Source: Oceanispirochaeta sp.
GTDB lineage: Bacteria; Spirochaetota; Spirochaetia; DSM-2461
Direction of reading: 5' to 3'
Length of the DNA: 64,000 nucleotides
NCBI GenBank assembly: GCA_963666275.2
Contig: CAXXOA010000002.1
Coordinates: 1,536,001 to 1,600,000, forward strand
How positions within the stretch are numbered: the stretch's first letter is position 1; each line of letters opens with the position of its first letter. Under the pieces are notes generated by a model. It ran no database searches, was not told the DNA's origin, and saw only the letters and a list, made by a program, of their open reading frames with translations. Positions 62,385 through 64,000 of the stretch are shown one piece after another. A program made the translations under genes and the position numbers.

Positions 62385-63131
62385 GTGAGCAGTACATCTT
62401 TCATTATCGATATCGACGGGACCCTACTGGACGGTACCCGGGAACTCAATCATGGCGCCGCCTTCCTCAGGTCCCTGCAGCAGTCGGACCGGAATTTTCT
62501 CCTGGCTACCAATTCCATCAAATCCCATGAGGTTCAGGTTGAGAGGTTCCGGAATCTCCAGGTCTCTGTTCCGCCGGAACGCATCTACTCTCCCATAGAC
62601 TCGATCAATCAGATGATGGGAGAAAAGGGCATCCGCAATGTCCTTGTGATAGGAAGCCCTGATGAGATAAACCAGATCCGGGCGGATCATACATGGGAGT
62701 CCCCCGAACTTGTGGTCCTCCTGGATTTTGAAAAAGAGAACTTCGGGTACAGGGAACTTCAGAAAATCGTGCAGCATCTTGAAAAGGGATGTCCTCTTGT
62801 TTCCGCATCGGCCTCTCCCTTCTATCTGAAAGAGGGAAAAAAGCAGATTGATACGGGAGCCTTTGTAGCCCTTCTGGAATCTGTCACCGGTCAGAAAACC
62901 GAGATACTGGGCAAACCCTCGCTTCGGTATTTTCTGGGAGCCCGTTCTCTCCTGGCCGCGGGGAATGATCCTGTGACGGTTATCGGTGATGACTGGCAGA
63001 CCGATGTGGCCGGAGCCAAAGAGGCGGGTTTCTATTCAGTCCTGGTAAAGTCGGGCAAGTACCGGCCGGGAGATGAGCACAGGGGCTGCCCAGACCGGCT
63101 GACAGATGACCTCCGGGAACTTTTGTACTGA
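62385..63131 (+). CDS. HAD-IIA (NagD/LHPP-like) hydrolase
   Basis: DIDGTL, ATNS, GKPS, IGDDWQTDV and GKY motifs. Confidence 0.92.
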   Translation: MSSTSFIIDIDGTLLDGTRELNHGAAFLRSLQQSDRNFLLATNSIKSHEVQVERFRNLQVSVPPERIYSPIDSINQMMGEKGIRNVLVIGSPDEINQIRADHTWESPELVVLLDFEKENFGYRELQKIVQHLEKGCPLVSASASPFYLKEGKKQIDTGAFVALLESVTGQKTEILGKPSLRYFLGARSLLAAGNDPVTVIGDDWQTDVAGAKEAGFYSVLVKSGKYRPGDEHRGCPDRLTDDLRELLY

Positions 63132-63156
63132 AGGATTCACTCCGGATGGGAAAGCC

Positions 63157-64000
63157 ATGAACTGCGAAGAGATCTACAATCAGAGGATCAACAGAGCCAT
63201 AGACTTTATTTCGGAGAACCTGGAATCCAACCTGACTATCGAAGAGATCAGCAGGGAAGCCGGCTTTTCCACCTACCATTTTCATAGAATCTTCCGGGCT
63301 TTTACTGGGGAATCCCTCTATGCCTTTGTGAGCAGACTGCGTGTTGAAAAGGCCGCTTCCCTTTTTCTTACCGCAACCGGAACCATCACAGAAACAGCAT
63401 TCCAGGTGGGATTCAATGACGGGGCAGTGTTTGCCCGGGCATTTAAAAAACGCTTCGGCTGTTCCGCCTCTCAGTGGAGGAAAGGAAAAAGCAGGAATCA
63501 TCAAGCCGAAGAATCTCCTGAAGCCTATACTACCATCAGCAGAGAAGGGGGAACGCCTCTGCTGCCAGACAGGGTTTATATCAGGGATATGCCGGAGAGG
63601 CATCTTCTCTATCTGAGAGATTTCGGACCTTTTGCAGGAGATTACAGGAAGATCCTGAGGCTTCACAGACGACTGCTGGAGATTCTGCAGACCCGGCAGA
63701 TCCTATGGTGCCGTCAGGAAGGATACTTTCTTGTTTTTCATGATTCTATGGGGATCACCGCCAATGAGAAGTTGCGAATCTCCTATGGAGTTCTTACGGA
63801 TCAGGAGGTTCCGGAAAATCTGCCTCTGGGGGCTTTGAAAATCCCCGGCCATACCTGTCTTATGACTCAGTTTACTCTGGATAACAGGGAATACGGGATG
63901 GCCTGGACCGAGGTTTTCCGCAGGATCCTTCCCGCTGAAGGGCTGGAGGCTGCGGATGGTCCCTGCTTTGAGAACTACAGGGAGGACTGCTATAACGGAA
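63157..64000 (+). CDS. AraC family regulator with GyrI-like effector domain (partial, runs off the right edge)
   Basis: ATG 63157 reads MNCEEIYNQRINRAIDFISENL..AGFSTYHFHRIF..VGF..FARAFKKRFG; open to the window end. Confidence 0.9.
   Translation, partial: MNCEEIYNQRINRAIDFISENLESNLTIEEISREAGFSTYHFHRIFRAFTGESLYAFVSRLRVEKAASLFLTATGTITETAFQVGFNDGAVFARAFKKRFGCSASQWRKGKSRNHQAEESPEAYTTISREGGTPLLPDRVYIRDMPERHLLYLRDFGPFAGDYRKILRLHRRLLEILQTRQILWCRQEGYFLVFHDSMGITANEKLRISYGVLTDQEVPENLPLGALKIPGHTCLMTQFTLDNREYGMAWTEVFRRILPAEGLEAADGPCFENYREDCYNG

Overview
A 64-kb chromosomal window from a bacterium, most likely a free-living Spirochaetaceae member. This is an inference from the 16S/23S sequence, a spacer carrying only tRNA-Ala, and spirochaete-type genes. 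1-18.2 kb is housekeeping: the 3' end of der, an exported Cys/His-motif protein with exbB-exbD-tonB-like genes, a candidate structured ncRNA, a HAD hydrolase, a 1112-aa membrane-anchored coiled-coil protein, grpE-dnaK-dnaJ, a Ser/Thr kinase, dtd, RidA and pyrG. 18.3-23.7 kb is a complete rrn operon (16S, tRNA-Ala, 23S, 5S). Directly after it is the best candidate for an under-described system: an Rrf2-led operon encoding a solute-binding-fold protein with no signal peptide, a Cys-rich HypB/UreG-like GTPase, an ABC ATPase with no permease, and a small HypA-like zinc-ribbon protein. This looks like a cytoplasmic metal or Fe-S handling machine rather than a transporter. 27.6-47.2 kb holds ptsP, a cupredoxin, pit, a yjdF riboswitch with yjdF, a domain-swapped acyl-CoA synthetase, an FHA-GGDEF protein, two radical SAM genes, an eetA/eetB/ecfT-like trio and an rluA lacking a canonical start. 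47.3-64 kb is an accessory tract of short, mostly co-oriented genes (two TA modules, GNATs, VOC, TfoX-N, GFA, NUDIX, DinB, two pseudogenes) resembling a decayed cassette array. Several genes appear to be leaderless. I saw no CRISPR array, transposase or integrase. All calls come from reading motifs by eye; no database searches were run.
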